Source: an uncultured Methylomarinum sp.
Lineage (GTDB): Bacteria; Pseudomonadota; Gammaproteobacteria; Methylococcales; Methylomonadaceae
Length of the DNA: 42,958 nucleotides
Direction of reading: 5' to 3'
NCBI GenBank assembly: GCA_964392135.1
Contig: CAYMPX010000001.1
Span: 1 to 42,958, forward strand
The notes beneath the pieces are model-generated. The model had not been told where the DNA came from and searched no databases. It worked only from the letters and a program-made list of their open reading frames with translations. A program made the translations under genes and the position numbers. The first letter of the stretch is position 1. Every line of letters begins with the position of its first letter. This document shows, one piece after another, positions 25,568-34,498 of this stretch.

Positions 25568-26383
25568 TCAAAATTCAAAAGTGGCTAACAAGGGTGCATG
25601 ATCCGATAAGCGGTTCCACGGAGCATGGGTTAAAGGTTCACAATAGTGTGCTTGCAGACCTCGATAATAAATCCGATCCATTTGCAACACAGGAAGCCAG
25701 ACCGGAAAGGTTTTTGCATAACGATTATGTAGCGTTCGATAGGCTTCTTTCAGTTCCAGATGCCGGGAAAATTGCTTTTCAGCCTGTCCCGTCCAGTCAT
25801 TAAAATCACCCGCAATAATCAACGGTGCATCATGGGGTATATGTGCTTCAATTCGTTGACATAAGATGCCTAATTGACGCCGACGTTCCATACCGACCAG
25901 CCCAAAATGGATGCAAATGATATGCAAATCAGTCGGTAAATCAGGTAATGCAATAACACCATGCAACAAACTGCGACTGGCCCATACAAATGGAGAAACA
26001 TTAATATTTTCCCAGCTTTTCAAGGCGTATTTACTAAGAATGGCATTACCATGATCACCCACATTATAAACGGCATTTTTGCCGTAAGCGAAATGTGGCC
26101 AGCTATCCTGAGCTAGAAATTCTGAATGTGAGCATTCAGGCCAGTTTTTATGCTTTTGTTCGTGTTCCTTATGTTCGCCTTGCATTTCCTGCAGAAACAA
26201 AATATCAGCGCCGGTTTCAATCAACGCGTTACGCAATTGATGTAAAATAAAATGACGGTTACCGAAACTAAAACCTTTATGGATATTATAAGTTAAAATA
26301 CGCAATTGATTTTTAGACATATCATCTTGTTCTCTATTTTTAACTTTAGTGCTTAATTTATCAGCTAAATTAAATAAGGGCAT
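25568..26383 (-). CDS. Endonuclease/exonuclease/phosphatase (EEP) family phosphoesterase
   Basis: 271 aa with EEP-type blocks (LRILTYNIHKG, DILFLQEM, IIAGDFND, SDHAPL). It ends 3 nt before the next gene. Confidence 0.75.
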   Translation of the reverse strand: MPLFNLADKLSTKVKNREQDDMSKNQLRILTYNIHKGFSFGNRHFILHQLRNALIETGADILFLQEMQGEHKEHEQKHKNWPECSHSEFLAQDSWPHFAYGKNAVYNVGDHGNAILSKYALKSWENINVSPFVWASRSLLHGVIALPDLPTDLHIICIHFGLVGMERRRQLGILCQRIEAHIPHDAPLIIAGDFNDWTGQAEKQFSRHLELKEAYRTLHNRYAKTFPVWLPVLQMDRIYYRGLQAHYCEPLTHAPWNRLSDHAPLLATFEF

Positions 26384-26494
26384 ATTTAAGGAACCTCTGA
26401 TTAATGTCCGGGTAAAGTGTGTTATCTTCAGAGTATCAGATTTAAGGTATAAAGCGCACAGATAAAAATGTGTTTATAAGCCGACAGTACATCA

Positions 26495-26998
26495 TTAATA
26501 AGGTCTTTTGCGTATATGCAGGCGATACAATAATGGTGAGAGCAGAATTTCCAGTATAACAAACAGCATAATACTGAGTATTCCAGTAAACAGTGTCAAA
26601 CCCAGTTGCTCATGCAAAACCAGTATCGGCAGCACCGATTCCGGGAGGGTATCAAGCATTCTTGAGCGACTGCTTTCTATATAACCTAAACGACGTTTCA
26701 TAAAGCTGGCACTTAAATCTCCCAACATAACCCATATTCCAAAAAACACGCCCGTCTGAATTGCCATACCTAATAGCACCGCCAAAATACCTGTCATAAA
26801 AACGGCAGAAAACAAACCACGCCAGGTTTTACTATGACCAAATAAGGGGTACTGGTCGAAAAAGACCACACCAAAATCTATTGACCAGGCATAACGCGTC
26901 TTGAATAAATTACGGCTCAATATCGGCGTGCCATTAGCAATGTTCAATAATAGTAGCACCTTAACAATACATAGCCAGCAGAATGAAATATCTTGCAT
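26495..26998 (-). CDS. CDP-archaeol synthase-like (CarS/DUF46) cytidylyltransferase family membrane protein
   Basis: The ORF is open to 27097, but the probable start is the ATG at 26998 (MQDISFCW..). It contains LLLNIANGTPIL, GHSKTWRG and GDLSASFMKRRLG, which are typical of the DUF46/CarS family. Confidence 0.6.
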   Translation of the reverse strand: MQDISFCWLCIVKVLLLLNIANGTPILSRNLFKTRYAWSIDFGVVFFDQYPLFGHSKTWRGLFSAVFMTGILAVLLGMAIQTGVFFGIWVMLGDLSASFMKRRLGYIESSRSRMLDTLPESVLPILVLHEQLGLTLFTGILSIMLFVILEILLSPLLYRLHIRKRPY

Positions 26999-27199
26999 AA
27001 GAGAATAAGGGGACGCGAAATCCTGGCATTTCTGGAAACGATGACCCGCGAAAAAATGCTGAATTAAAATTTCGCTTGTGGGTGAAAACTTCCGCAAGTA
27101 TTCCCTGATGGCTTAAACTACCTCATAAACCAGCCAGTGCTGTCGCTGACAGCATAGCCAGGGAAATAATCGGCAGACGAGCCATCGGAGATCTTTGTA

Positions 27200-27940
27200 T
27201 TAATGATCGCCCGTCACAGGAACAAAGCTCACCGGTAAAATCTGGCGGGTGACCAGTTTATTATTATCCTGTTTGGTGATCAGCAATAACTGTTGCGTCA
27301 TAAACAGGGTGCCGACTGGAATAATCATACGTCCACCGACTTTCAGCTGTTTGCTTAACGGTGGAGGTATGTGGCTGCCCGCTGCAGTGACGATGATGGC
27401 ATCAAACGGCGCTTCCTCTTCCCAACCATAATAACCATCGCCAACCTTTACTGTCACATTGTTATAGCCTAAACGCGCCAGCCTTTCTTTCGCAGCCAGC
27501 CCCAGAGCCTCGACTATCTCGATGCTGAAAACCTGTTTCACCAAACCCGACAGAATAGCCGCCTGATAGCCGGAACCGGTACCCAGTTCCAGCACTCGAC
27601 TATCCGGTGTTAATTGCAGAAGATCCGTCATGATCGCGACAATATACGGTTGTGAAATGGTTTGTCCATAACCAATAGATAAAGGTCTGTTTTCATAGGC
27701 AGAGTGTTTGTTATTTTCCGGTACAAAATCATGTCGGGGTACTTTCGCCATTATTTGTAGCACTTTTTCATCCAGTTTGTCTTTATCCAGATGAGTACGA
27801 GTCGCACTGACCAGGTCTTCAATCACCCTGACCATTTTCTGTCTTGTCATGGCATCCTCCTCAGCCTGTGCAGTAAAGTTCAGACAGCACATCAAAATCA
27901 TTAACAATAAACCGTCTTTCAGGTTAATTCGCTTAGTCAT
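27200..27940 (-). CDS. pcm: Protein-L-isoaspartate O-methyltransferase with an N-terminal signal peptide
   Basis: 246 aa with GYGQTISQPYIVAIMTDLL and the SAM motif VLELGTGSGYQAAIL. The N-terminus MTKRINLKDGLLLMILMCCLNFTAQAEE looks like a Sec signal peptide. An AGGAGG SD site lies upstream. Confidence 0.85.
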   Translation of the reverse strand: MTKRINLKDGLLLMILMCCLNFTAQAEEDAMTRQKMVRVIEDLVSATRTHLDKDKLDEKVLQIMAKVPRHDFVPENNKHSAYENRPLSIGYGQTISQPYIVAIMTDLLQLTPDSRVLELGTGSGYQAAILSGLVKQVFSIEIVEALGLAAKERLARLGYNNVTVKVGDGYYGWEEEAPFDAIIVTAAGSHIPPPLSKQLKVGGRMIIPVGTLFMTQQLLLITKQDNNKLVTRQILPVSFVPVTGDH

Positions 27941-28091
27941 GAAATACCTCCTGTTCAGAAAAACTGAATCAAGTTTGACGCATTTTCATATTACTCCGTT
28001 TTTCCCAGCTTCGCAGAAAACTAAAGTTGAAATATGGCTTTAACATGTATATTGTCCAAAGCTCCTGACAAATTAATAAAAAGTTCAAGAA

Positions 28092-29675
28092 ATGATGCCC
28101 AATAAAACATCTGTATTAATTAAGTCATTACAAAATCCAGTGCTGTTTCCTCACAAGGTCGACTATTTCAAAATCATCGAAACTCATATTTCCTGGGTAC
28201 TGCTGACTGGTCAATACGCCTATAAAATCAAAAAAACTCTAAATCTTGGTTTTCTCGATTTTTCCAGCCTGGAAAAACGTCGGCATTTTTGTTTTGAAGA
28301 ATTACGTTTAAATTCACGACTGGCTAAAGATCTTTACCTTGATGTAATCGCTATCAGTGGAACAACTGAACAGCCAAAAATTGAGGGTTCCGGTACTGTG
28401 ATTGAATATGCCGTTAAAATGCAGCAGTTTGACTACGATAAAACATTCGATCAATTATTGATTAAGAATCAGCTGACTAGCGAACACATAAAGCAAACGG
28501 CGAACATCATTGCGGCTTTTCACAACAGGATTGACAGCGCAGCAGCCGATACCGAATTTGGCAGTGCGAATGCTGTCTTACAGCCGGTAAGGGAGAATTT
28601 TAAGCAGATTCAGCAACTGGATAGCATAGAAAAACCGGACTGTTTAAAACAACTGGCATGGTGGAGCAAACAGCAGTATACGGTACTTCTTTCTTTGTTC
28701 ACACATCGTAAACAGGCGGGGTTTATCCGCGAATGTCATGGCGATTTGCATCTCGGAAATATCGCTTTAATCAATGATCAAACCGTACCGTTTGACGGCA
28801 TTGAATTTAACCCTGCTCTGTACTGGATAGACATTATCAGTGAAATTGCTTTTCTGGTTATGGACTTGCAGAGCAAACAGCGACATGACCTGGCTTTTCA
28901 GTTTCTGAATGAATATCTGCAACACAGCGGCGATTATGCGGGATTAAAATGTCTACGCTTTTATCTGGTTTATCGCGCGCTCGTGATGTCTAAAGTCAAT
29001 GCGATTCGTGCCAGTCAACCTACTTCTGCAACAGAACATCAACTGAATATCAGCAGATTTCACAGTTATTTACAATTGGCGAACAGTTACACACAAACAT
29101 TCACACCTATAATGATCATCATGCACGGCGTATCCTGCGCTGGCAAAAGCTGGCTATCTGAACAAATCATCAACCGTTATCAGATGATAAGGATACGTTC
29201 TGATGTAGAAAGAAAACGTTTGCATAAACTTTCCCAGCAACAAAAAAGTCATTCGGGTATTAATAGCGACCTGTATAGACAGGCATGCAGCGACATGACC
29301 TATCAACATTTGTTGCAACTTGCTGTCGAAATTATTAAAGCGGGTTACTCTGTGATTGTGGATGCAACTTTCCTACAGCAACAGCATCGCAAGCTGTTTT
29401 CCCAGCAGGCTGAACGGCTCCAGATTCCGTTTTTTATTGTAAACCCCAGGACGGATAAGGAGACTCTGCTAAAGCGTATTAAAGAACGCGCCAAACAACA
29501 AGATAATGTATCTGAAGCAGATCAAACGGTACTGGAAAATCAACTTGATAATATACAAGCACTAAGCAATGCAGAGCTAAAATACAGTATTACAATTGAT
29601 ACAGAGCAAACTAAACTGTTATCCAAACTATGGGGATTTCTGGGTGATCATTGCCACTCATGCTACCCGCGTTAA
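28092..29675 (+). CDS. Bifunctional aminoglycoside-phosphotransferase-like kinase / P-loop ATP-binding protein
   Basis: 527 aa. The N-terminal half has the APH/choline-kinase catalytic loop CHGDLHLGNI. The C-terminal half has the Walker A motif HGVSCAGKS. Confidence 0.7.
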   Translation: MMPNKTSVLIKSLQNPVLFPHKVDYFKIIETHISWVLLTGQYAYKIKKTLNLGFLDFSSLEKRRHFCFEELRLNSRLAKDLYLDVIAISGTTEQPKIEGSGTVIEYAVKMQQFDYDKTFDQLLIKNQLTSEHIKQTANIIAAFHNRIDSAAADTEFGSANAVLQPVRENFKQIQQLDSIEKPDCLKQLAWWSKQQYTVLLSLFTHRKQAGFIRECHGDLHLGNIALINDQTVPFDGIEFNPALYWIDIISEIAFLVMDLQSKQRHDLAFQFLNEYLQHSGDYAGLKCLRFYLVYRALVMSKVNAIRASQPTSATEHQLNISRFHSYLQLANSYTQTFTPIMIIMHGVSCAGKSWLSEQIINRYQMIRIRSDVERKRLHKLSQQQKSHSGINSDLYRQACSDMTYQHLLQLAVEIIKAGYSVIVDATFLQQQHRKLFSQQAERLQIPFFIVNPRTDKETLLKRIKERAKQQDNVSEADQTVLENQLDNIQALSNAELKYSITIDTEQTKLLSKLWGFLGDHCHSCYPR

Positions 29676-29861
29676 TACTTACATTGAGCAAGGGACTCGG
29701 TTGGTTATGTGATGGGCAAAGCTTCCGCTCCTGCTCACGCCCCTTACCTACATTCATGTAGGCAAAGCGATAGCGTAACTATCACACTTAGGAACAATAA
29801 TATCCGAAGTCTGACTTGTCTTTTGGTAACCCAACTTTACTGCATCAACAAAGCTAAGGTC

Positions 29862-30800
29862 TTAATGGTGTCTTTTTTCGCTAAGGCTTTTAAGAATTTC
29901 TTCCAGTGGTACCAGGTTCATTTTTACTCTGAATAGCACCTCATGATTATGTAGCAAGCCAAAGCAATCATAGCTTCGTAACATAATATTGGTTTGATTT
30001 AAGGTATTGTTGCTGGATTCCGGGTGTTGTTTGACTAATATATAGAGCTTGTCATCGTTTTTTAATCGCTTTAAATGCTCTCGATCTACAGATATTTCAT
30101 GGGATGTATAGACCATGGGATTGCGTTTGAAATCATGATTTTCCAGTTGTGCTTTTTCTAATAAAGCGCCGGATGCCAAACTACAGGGGAAAATCTCAGG
30201 ATAATGCGCAATATGCGCTAATTCATCAAAATAGTCGGCCTGTTCAGCTAAAGAACCTGATAGAAAGTTTTTAACATTGCCATTATTTAAAAATTTTCGT
30301 TTTAGGAAATAATCTGTACCAGGAATGGTGCTTTTGTCGGGAATCACATTGAGGTTGGGTAGTTTATTGAACTTTACATCCTCTAGGAATAGCGGGCTTT
30401 GGGTTTCTTTTTTGAAGCCTAGCAATATGGTTTTTCCATCCGCTTTTATAGAAATACGGTTGCCTAATGTTAAGTTAGGGATGGTTTTGATTAGGGTTTT
30501 TTTTATTTCCAGCTGAAAGGGTGTTGCGGGTTTTAGCGCGTTGACAAAGGTAATTTGATAGTTGCTATAGCGTAAATTATTCTCAGAAATAATATGATTT
30601 TCATGCTGCGCGTTTCTATATAAGCGCATTTGATATTCGATTAAAGTGTTGAGCTGATAACCCAGAACAATAGGACCTTTAAACGGGTTGTGATTAATCT
30701 GTAACCATTTGTGTTTGTCATGAAATAAGTTAAAGTCATCAGAGGCATTGCGAGCAACTTCTATATGAATCTGGTCAAAAATAAAGGCGAGTTTAGTCAT
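29862..30800 (-). CDS. Hypothetical protein, possible double hot-dog (MaoC-dehydratase-like) fold
   Basis: 312 aa. The N-terminal DDFNLFHD..PIVLGYQL resembles the MaoC motif (D-x-N-P-x-H .. I-x-H-G). It has an ATGA start/stop overlap with the upstream radical SAM gene. The fold assignment is tentative. Confidence 0.4.
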   Translation of the reverse strand: MTKLAFIFDQIHIEVARNASDDFNLFHDKHKWLQINHNPFKGPIVLGYQLNTLIEYQMRLYRNAQHENHIISENNLRYSNYQITFVNALKPATPFQLEIKKTLIKTIPNLTLGNRISIKADGKTILLGFKKETQSPLFLEDVKFNKLPNLNVIPDKSTIPGTDYFLKRKFLNNGNVKNFLSGSLAEQADYFDELAHIAHYPEIFPCSLASGALLEKAQLENHDFKRNPMVYTSHEISVDREHLKRLKNDDKLYILVKQHPESSNNTLNQTNIMLRSYDCFGLLHNHEVLFRVKMNLVPLEEILKSLSEKRHH

Positions 30801-32698
30801 TGAGAGTATAGTGCGTGTTCAATAAAAGTAGCTGAGATAACGGGTTCGGTCACTGCGTTTTCAAACCAAAAATTCATCGGGTAATCAAATCCCATGCCGT
30901 GCATGTAATTATAGAGGGCTTTTTTTAATCCTTCACCTAACATGTCATGATTTGTATTGACCGGGTCGTGGTAATCAATATCGTTTTCAGCGAATAGAAT
31001 GTCGCCATTGGGGATGAGTTTTATCTGGTATTGTTCGGGATGCAACCCTATAGGGCTATGAATGGTTGCGGCAAAACGATGCCAATACGCTGAATTGATA
31101 CAGCCGTTGAGCATAAGCTGGCGAACACGTTCTAATGAATCAACGGTTTCTTGTTCAGTTTGGCTGGGGAAGCCATACATTAAATAAGCATGTACCAGTA
31201 TTCCCGCATCGCTGAAACTTTTGGTAACACGGGCGACTTGTTCAACGGTAACGCCTTTTTTCATCAGTTTAAGTAAGCGATCTGAAGCAACTTCGAGTCC
31301 GCCGCTAATGGCGATACAGCCTGAATCAGCCAATAACTGGCATTTTTCTGCGCTGAAGGTTTTTTCAAAACGGATATTTCCCCACCAGCTGATAATTATG
31401 TTACGTTCAATCAGTTTTTCTGCCATAGCAAATAATACTTTGGGTGGCGCGGCTTCATCAACAAAATGAAAGCCTGTTTCTCCCGTTTCTGCGATTAATG
31501 TTTCAATCCGGTTAACAATAATTTCAGCGCCTGCATCGTCATATTGTCCGATATAGTTAAGACTAATATCGCAAAAACTGCATTGTGACCAATAACAACC
31601 ATGGGCAATGGTGAGTTTGTTCCAGCGACCATCACTCCATATACGGTGCATGGGGTTGAGCATTTCACAGAGTGATAAGTAGCGATCTAACGGTAAGCCG
31701 TCATAACTGGGGGTGCCGGTGTTTTTATGTGGAATGTCGTGCAATGTGGGATTATTCGTATAGATAACCTTGTTTTCTTTGAGGTGATAGCTGCGAAATA
31801 AATCCTCAATAGGGCGCTGATGATTAAGGTGTTCAAGTAAAGTGATTAGTGGTTTTTCACCATCATCAACCGTGATAAAGTCAACAAATTCAAAAATGCG
31901 AGGATCTTTCAATGACCGTAATTCAGTATTGATAAAGCCTCCGCCTAAAATAATTTTAATTTGTGGATTAATTTGTTTGCAGCATTGAGCTATTTTTAAT
32001 GCGCCTAGCATGTTGCCAGGGAAGGGGACAGTCAGCCCAACAATACCAGGTTGTTCTTGAATTAAATAATCATTAACCAGTGAAAAGATAATGTCATCCG
32101 TATAGATTGCGGGTTGTTGTAATTGTTGATAAAGATCGTCAAATGAAGGGTTAGATGCCGCGAGTCTTTCCCCATAACAAGAGACTTCAAAATTAGGGTC
32201 TACCCCTTGTTTGATAACGGCAGACAGATCATCAATAAATAAGGTGGCTAGATATTTTGCTTTATCCTGAACCCCTAAGTCTCCAAACGCTTGCTGTAAT
32301 ACATCCCTGGACATTTCTTCCATTTGATACAGACTCTCAAATTGTGGGCCTTCAGGAAGAAAACTTCGGGAGGCAATGCGTAAAGCCAGTGCTGGATTTT
32401 TGCCTTGTAGAAATTTAACCGTGGGTTCTATGCATTTTTGGTAAGTCGAATAGTGGGCTAAAAAATGATAAATCGCATCAGGCAATTGCTCATCATCAAA
32501 ATCCGCATAGTTGTCTTCAACTGTTTGATAAATATTGTCTAAGCCGGATTTGCTTAATAGAGATAAAAACAACTCTATCGCTAGATCTTTTTGAGAAACC
32601 TGGTAGCCTTCTTGTCTGAGAAATCCTGTTAAATAAGCGGTCGCTGGATAAGGGGTATTCAGCTGGGTCATGGGTGGAGTGATTAGCAGTATTTTCAT
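30797..32698 (-). CDS. B12-binding-domain radical SAM protein (class B-like)
   Basis: 633 aa. The N-terminus (MKILLITPPM..PYPATAYLTGFLRQEGYQV) is typical of the B12-binding domain in these enzymes. The cluster motif is AHGCYWSQCSFCD (31568-31606), followed by a radical SAM core. Confidence 0.75.
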   Translation of the reverse strand: MKILLITPPMTQLNTPYPATAYLTGFLRQEGYQVSQKDLAIELFLSLLSKSGLDNIYQTVEDNYADFDDEQLPDAIYHFLAHYSTYQKCIEPTVKFLQGKNPALALRIASRSFLPEGPQFESLYQMEEMSRDVLQQAFGDLGVQDKAKYLATLFIDDLSAVIKQGVDPNFEVSCYGERLAASNPSFDDLYQQLQQPAIYTDDIIFSLVNDYLIQEQPGIVGLTVPFPGNMLGALKIAQCCKQINPQIKIILGGGFINTELRSLKDPRIFEFVDFITVDDGEKPLITLLEHLNHQRPIEDLFRSYHLKENKVIYTNNPTLHDIPHKNTGTPSYDGLPLDRYLSLCEMLNPMHRIWSDGRWNKLTIAHGCYWSQCSFCDISLNYIGQYDDAGAEIIVNRIETLIAETGETGFHFVDEAAPPKVLFAMAEKLIERNIIISWWGNIRFEKTFSAEKCQLLADSGCIAISGGLEVASDRLLKLMKKGVTVEQVARVTKSFSDAGILVHAYLMYGFPSQTEQETVDSLERVRQLMLNGCINSAYWHRFAATIHSPIGLHPEQYQIKLIPNGDILFAENDIDYHDPVNTNHDMLGEGLKKALYNYMHGMGFDYPMNFWFENAVTEPVISATFIEHALYSQ

Positions 32699-32987
32699 AA
32701 AAAAGAGGGGAGGGGAACTAAAACAATTGTTTTAAATGATTTTTTGAGTCTATAGGGTAATATGTAAACGGCATCTTGTGGTTTAAATGGTATCCACGTT
32801 AGATATGGCGTAGTATATTCAGGATGATTTTTTTAATGTATAGGAAAAATCTTGTACATCATAAGTGGTAATGAAATTCAAAAAGTCTTGGTTTGTGATG
32901 ATTCTATCACTCGCATAATATTTTAATTAACTTGTTATCTGGTTTTACCACGTTATACCTGACACCTTACACGCTAAATGGCTTAAA

Positions 32988-33683
32988 ATGATTCCAATTA
33001 GAGATAATATTGTTTGTAAAACAACCCCTTATGTTAGCTGGGGGATTATGGCGGTTTGTATCGTCATTTTTATTGCCATGAAAATGATGCCTGATGAATT
33101 ACAACGTCAGTTAATCTATTTATATGGCATGGTGCCTATTCGATATTCAAACCCTGATTGGGCAACCTCTTTTGGGTTGCCGCCCGATGGTTACTTTTCT
33201 TTTTTGAGTAGTTTGTTTTTACATGGGGGTTGGCTACATATTATTATCAATATGTGGTTTATATGGATCTTTGCTAATAATATTGAAGACCGGATGGGGC
33301 ATGGTCGATTCCTGGTTTTTTATTTGTTATGCGGTTTGTTTGCAACCTTTGTGCAATGGTATTTTGATCCGAGTATGACTATTCCTGTTGTGGGTGCGTC
33401 GGGGGCGATTGCTGGCATTTTAGGGGCTTATTTTTTTATTTCTCCTTATGCCCGGGTGGTTATTTGGTTTCCTTTTTTATTTTTACCCCTCTTTTTTGAA
33501 TTGCCAGCGATCGCATTTTTAGGTTTTTGGGTCATTATCCAAATACAAAATGCAACCACGGCAATGATGTTTGATTCGGTCACGGCTGATGTTGCGTGGT
33601 GGGCACATTTAGGTGGATTTATTGCGGGCGCATTTTTACATCCATTGTTTATTAATAATAAAATGGATGAACCCTCTGAGTAA
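32988..33683 (+). CDS. Rhomboid-family intramembrane serine protease
   Basis: 231 aa and polytopic. It has HGGWLHIIINM, the catalytic GASGAIAG and a downstream AHLGGFIAG His. Confidence 0.85.
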   Translation: MIPIRDNIVCKTTPYVSWGIMAVCIVIFIAMKMMPDELQRQLIYLYGMVPIRYSNPDWATSFGLPPDGYFSFLSSLFLHGGWLHIIINMWFIWIFANNIEDRMGHGRFLVFYLLCGLFATFVQWYFDPSMTIPVVGASGAIAGILGAYFFISPYARVVIWFPFLFLPLFFELPAIAFLGFWVIIQIQNATTAMMFDSVTADVAWWAHLGGFIAGAFLHPLFINNKMDEPSE

Positions 33684-33711
33684 CGTGTAATGCTTTAATT
33701 CCACATAAGTA

Positions 33712-33733
33712 AAGTGAGGCTAAAGCCTCACTT
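33712..33733. terminator. Bidirectional hairpin between convergent genes
   Basis: AAGTGAGGC (33712-33720) pairs with GCCTCACTT (33725-33733) around a TAAA loop. It overlaps the stop codon region of the HisA/F-like gene. Confidence 0.5.
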
Positions 33734-34441
33734 ATCGCCGGCTCGAAGCACATTAGCATCAATGATACCCGAATGAAGTGCGCTGGCAATCAGCGCATAA
33801 TAAACGCCCATTTTTTTTAGATTAATCAAATCCATCTTATTACGTATACCACCCGCTGCAATAATATTCTTTTCAGGATATTTTTGACAAAAGTCACTCA
33901 GTCTTTCAATATCTGGCCCCGCATTTTTCCCTACTCTGTCCAAGGTCATAATGATGATATCTTGTGGCCATAATTCCGGTTTTTCTAATAATTCAATGGG
34001 GCCTGTATAACCTTGATTGGGAAAGAAATCCAGTGAAAAAATGTGGTTTTTTAGATGCGTGACGCTATCACTCAAGTTGCGGATATTTTGAGATTCTGAT
34101 CCTATGATTAGTCTATAATTCGCCTTGGGAATTTTGGGTAGTTGCTGTATTTTTGTACCGTTATCAACCCAGAACTCAAGCTGCTGGTATTGCGTAGTGA
34201 TCTGGTTTATTAATGCTTGATTATTGCCTGTATGGGTTATAGCGTTTAAGTCAGCAATGTACACTATTTTAAACGGATAGATGGAGAGAAATCCATGGAT
34301 AACATCTTCAATTAAGCTGGAATGACATAGTTTCGAACGGATAGGCTGGTAAGTTTCTCTTTGACCTTGTTGGGCAGAAACCACAATGCCATCTTTGAGA
34401 TCAATAACCGGGATTATATGCATGGATAAAGGGTGTAACAC
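33728..34441 (-). CDS. HisA/HisF-family TIM-barrel protein (H4MPT-biosynthesis-associated)
   Basis: 237 aa with IIPVIDLKDGIVVSAQQG and AAGGIRNKMD. The start is a GTG at 34441 or an ATG at 34423. Confidence 0.75.
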   Translation of the reverse strand: MLHPLSMHIIPVIDLKDGIVVSAQQGQRETYQPIRSKLCHSSLIEDVIHGFLSIYPFKIVYIADLNAITHTGNNQALINQITTQYQQLEFWVDNGTKIQQLPKIPKANYRLIIGSESQNIRNLSDSVTHLKNHIFSLDFFPNQGYTGPIELLEKPELWPQDIIIMTLDRVGKNAGPDIERLSDFCQKYPEKNIIAAGGIRNKMDLINLKKMGVYYALIASALHSGIIDANVLRAGDK

Positions 34442-34498
34442 TTGTATGGTGAGTTATAGGATTATAAAGACTTGTTTGATAATGATAAGGAAGAATTA

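Noticed and set aside
29709-29936. A 75-aa ORF in the gap after the APH-like kinase gene.
   Set aside because: It overlaps the 3' end of the hot-dog-like gene and a palindromic, REP-like stretch. It has no SD site or recognisable motif and is probably spurious.
32699-32987. Possible cobalamin riboswitch upstream of the B12-binding radical SAM gene.
   Set aside because: I could not find a B12-box-like core (GCCACTG-type) or the expected paired elements on the minus strand. The region looks like an ordinary AT-rich divergent promoter region.
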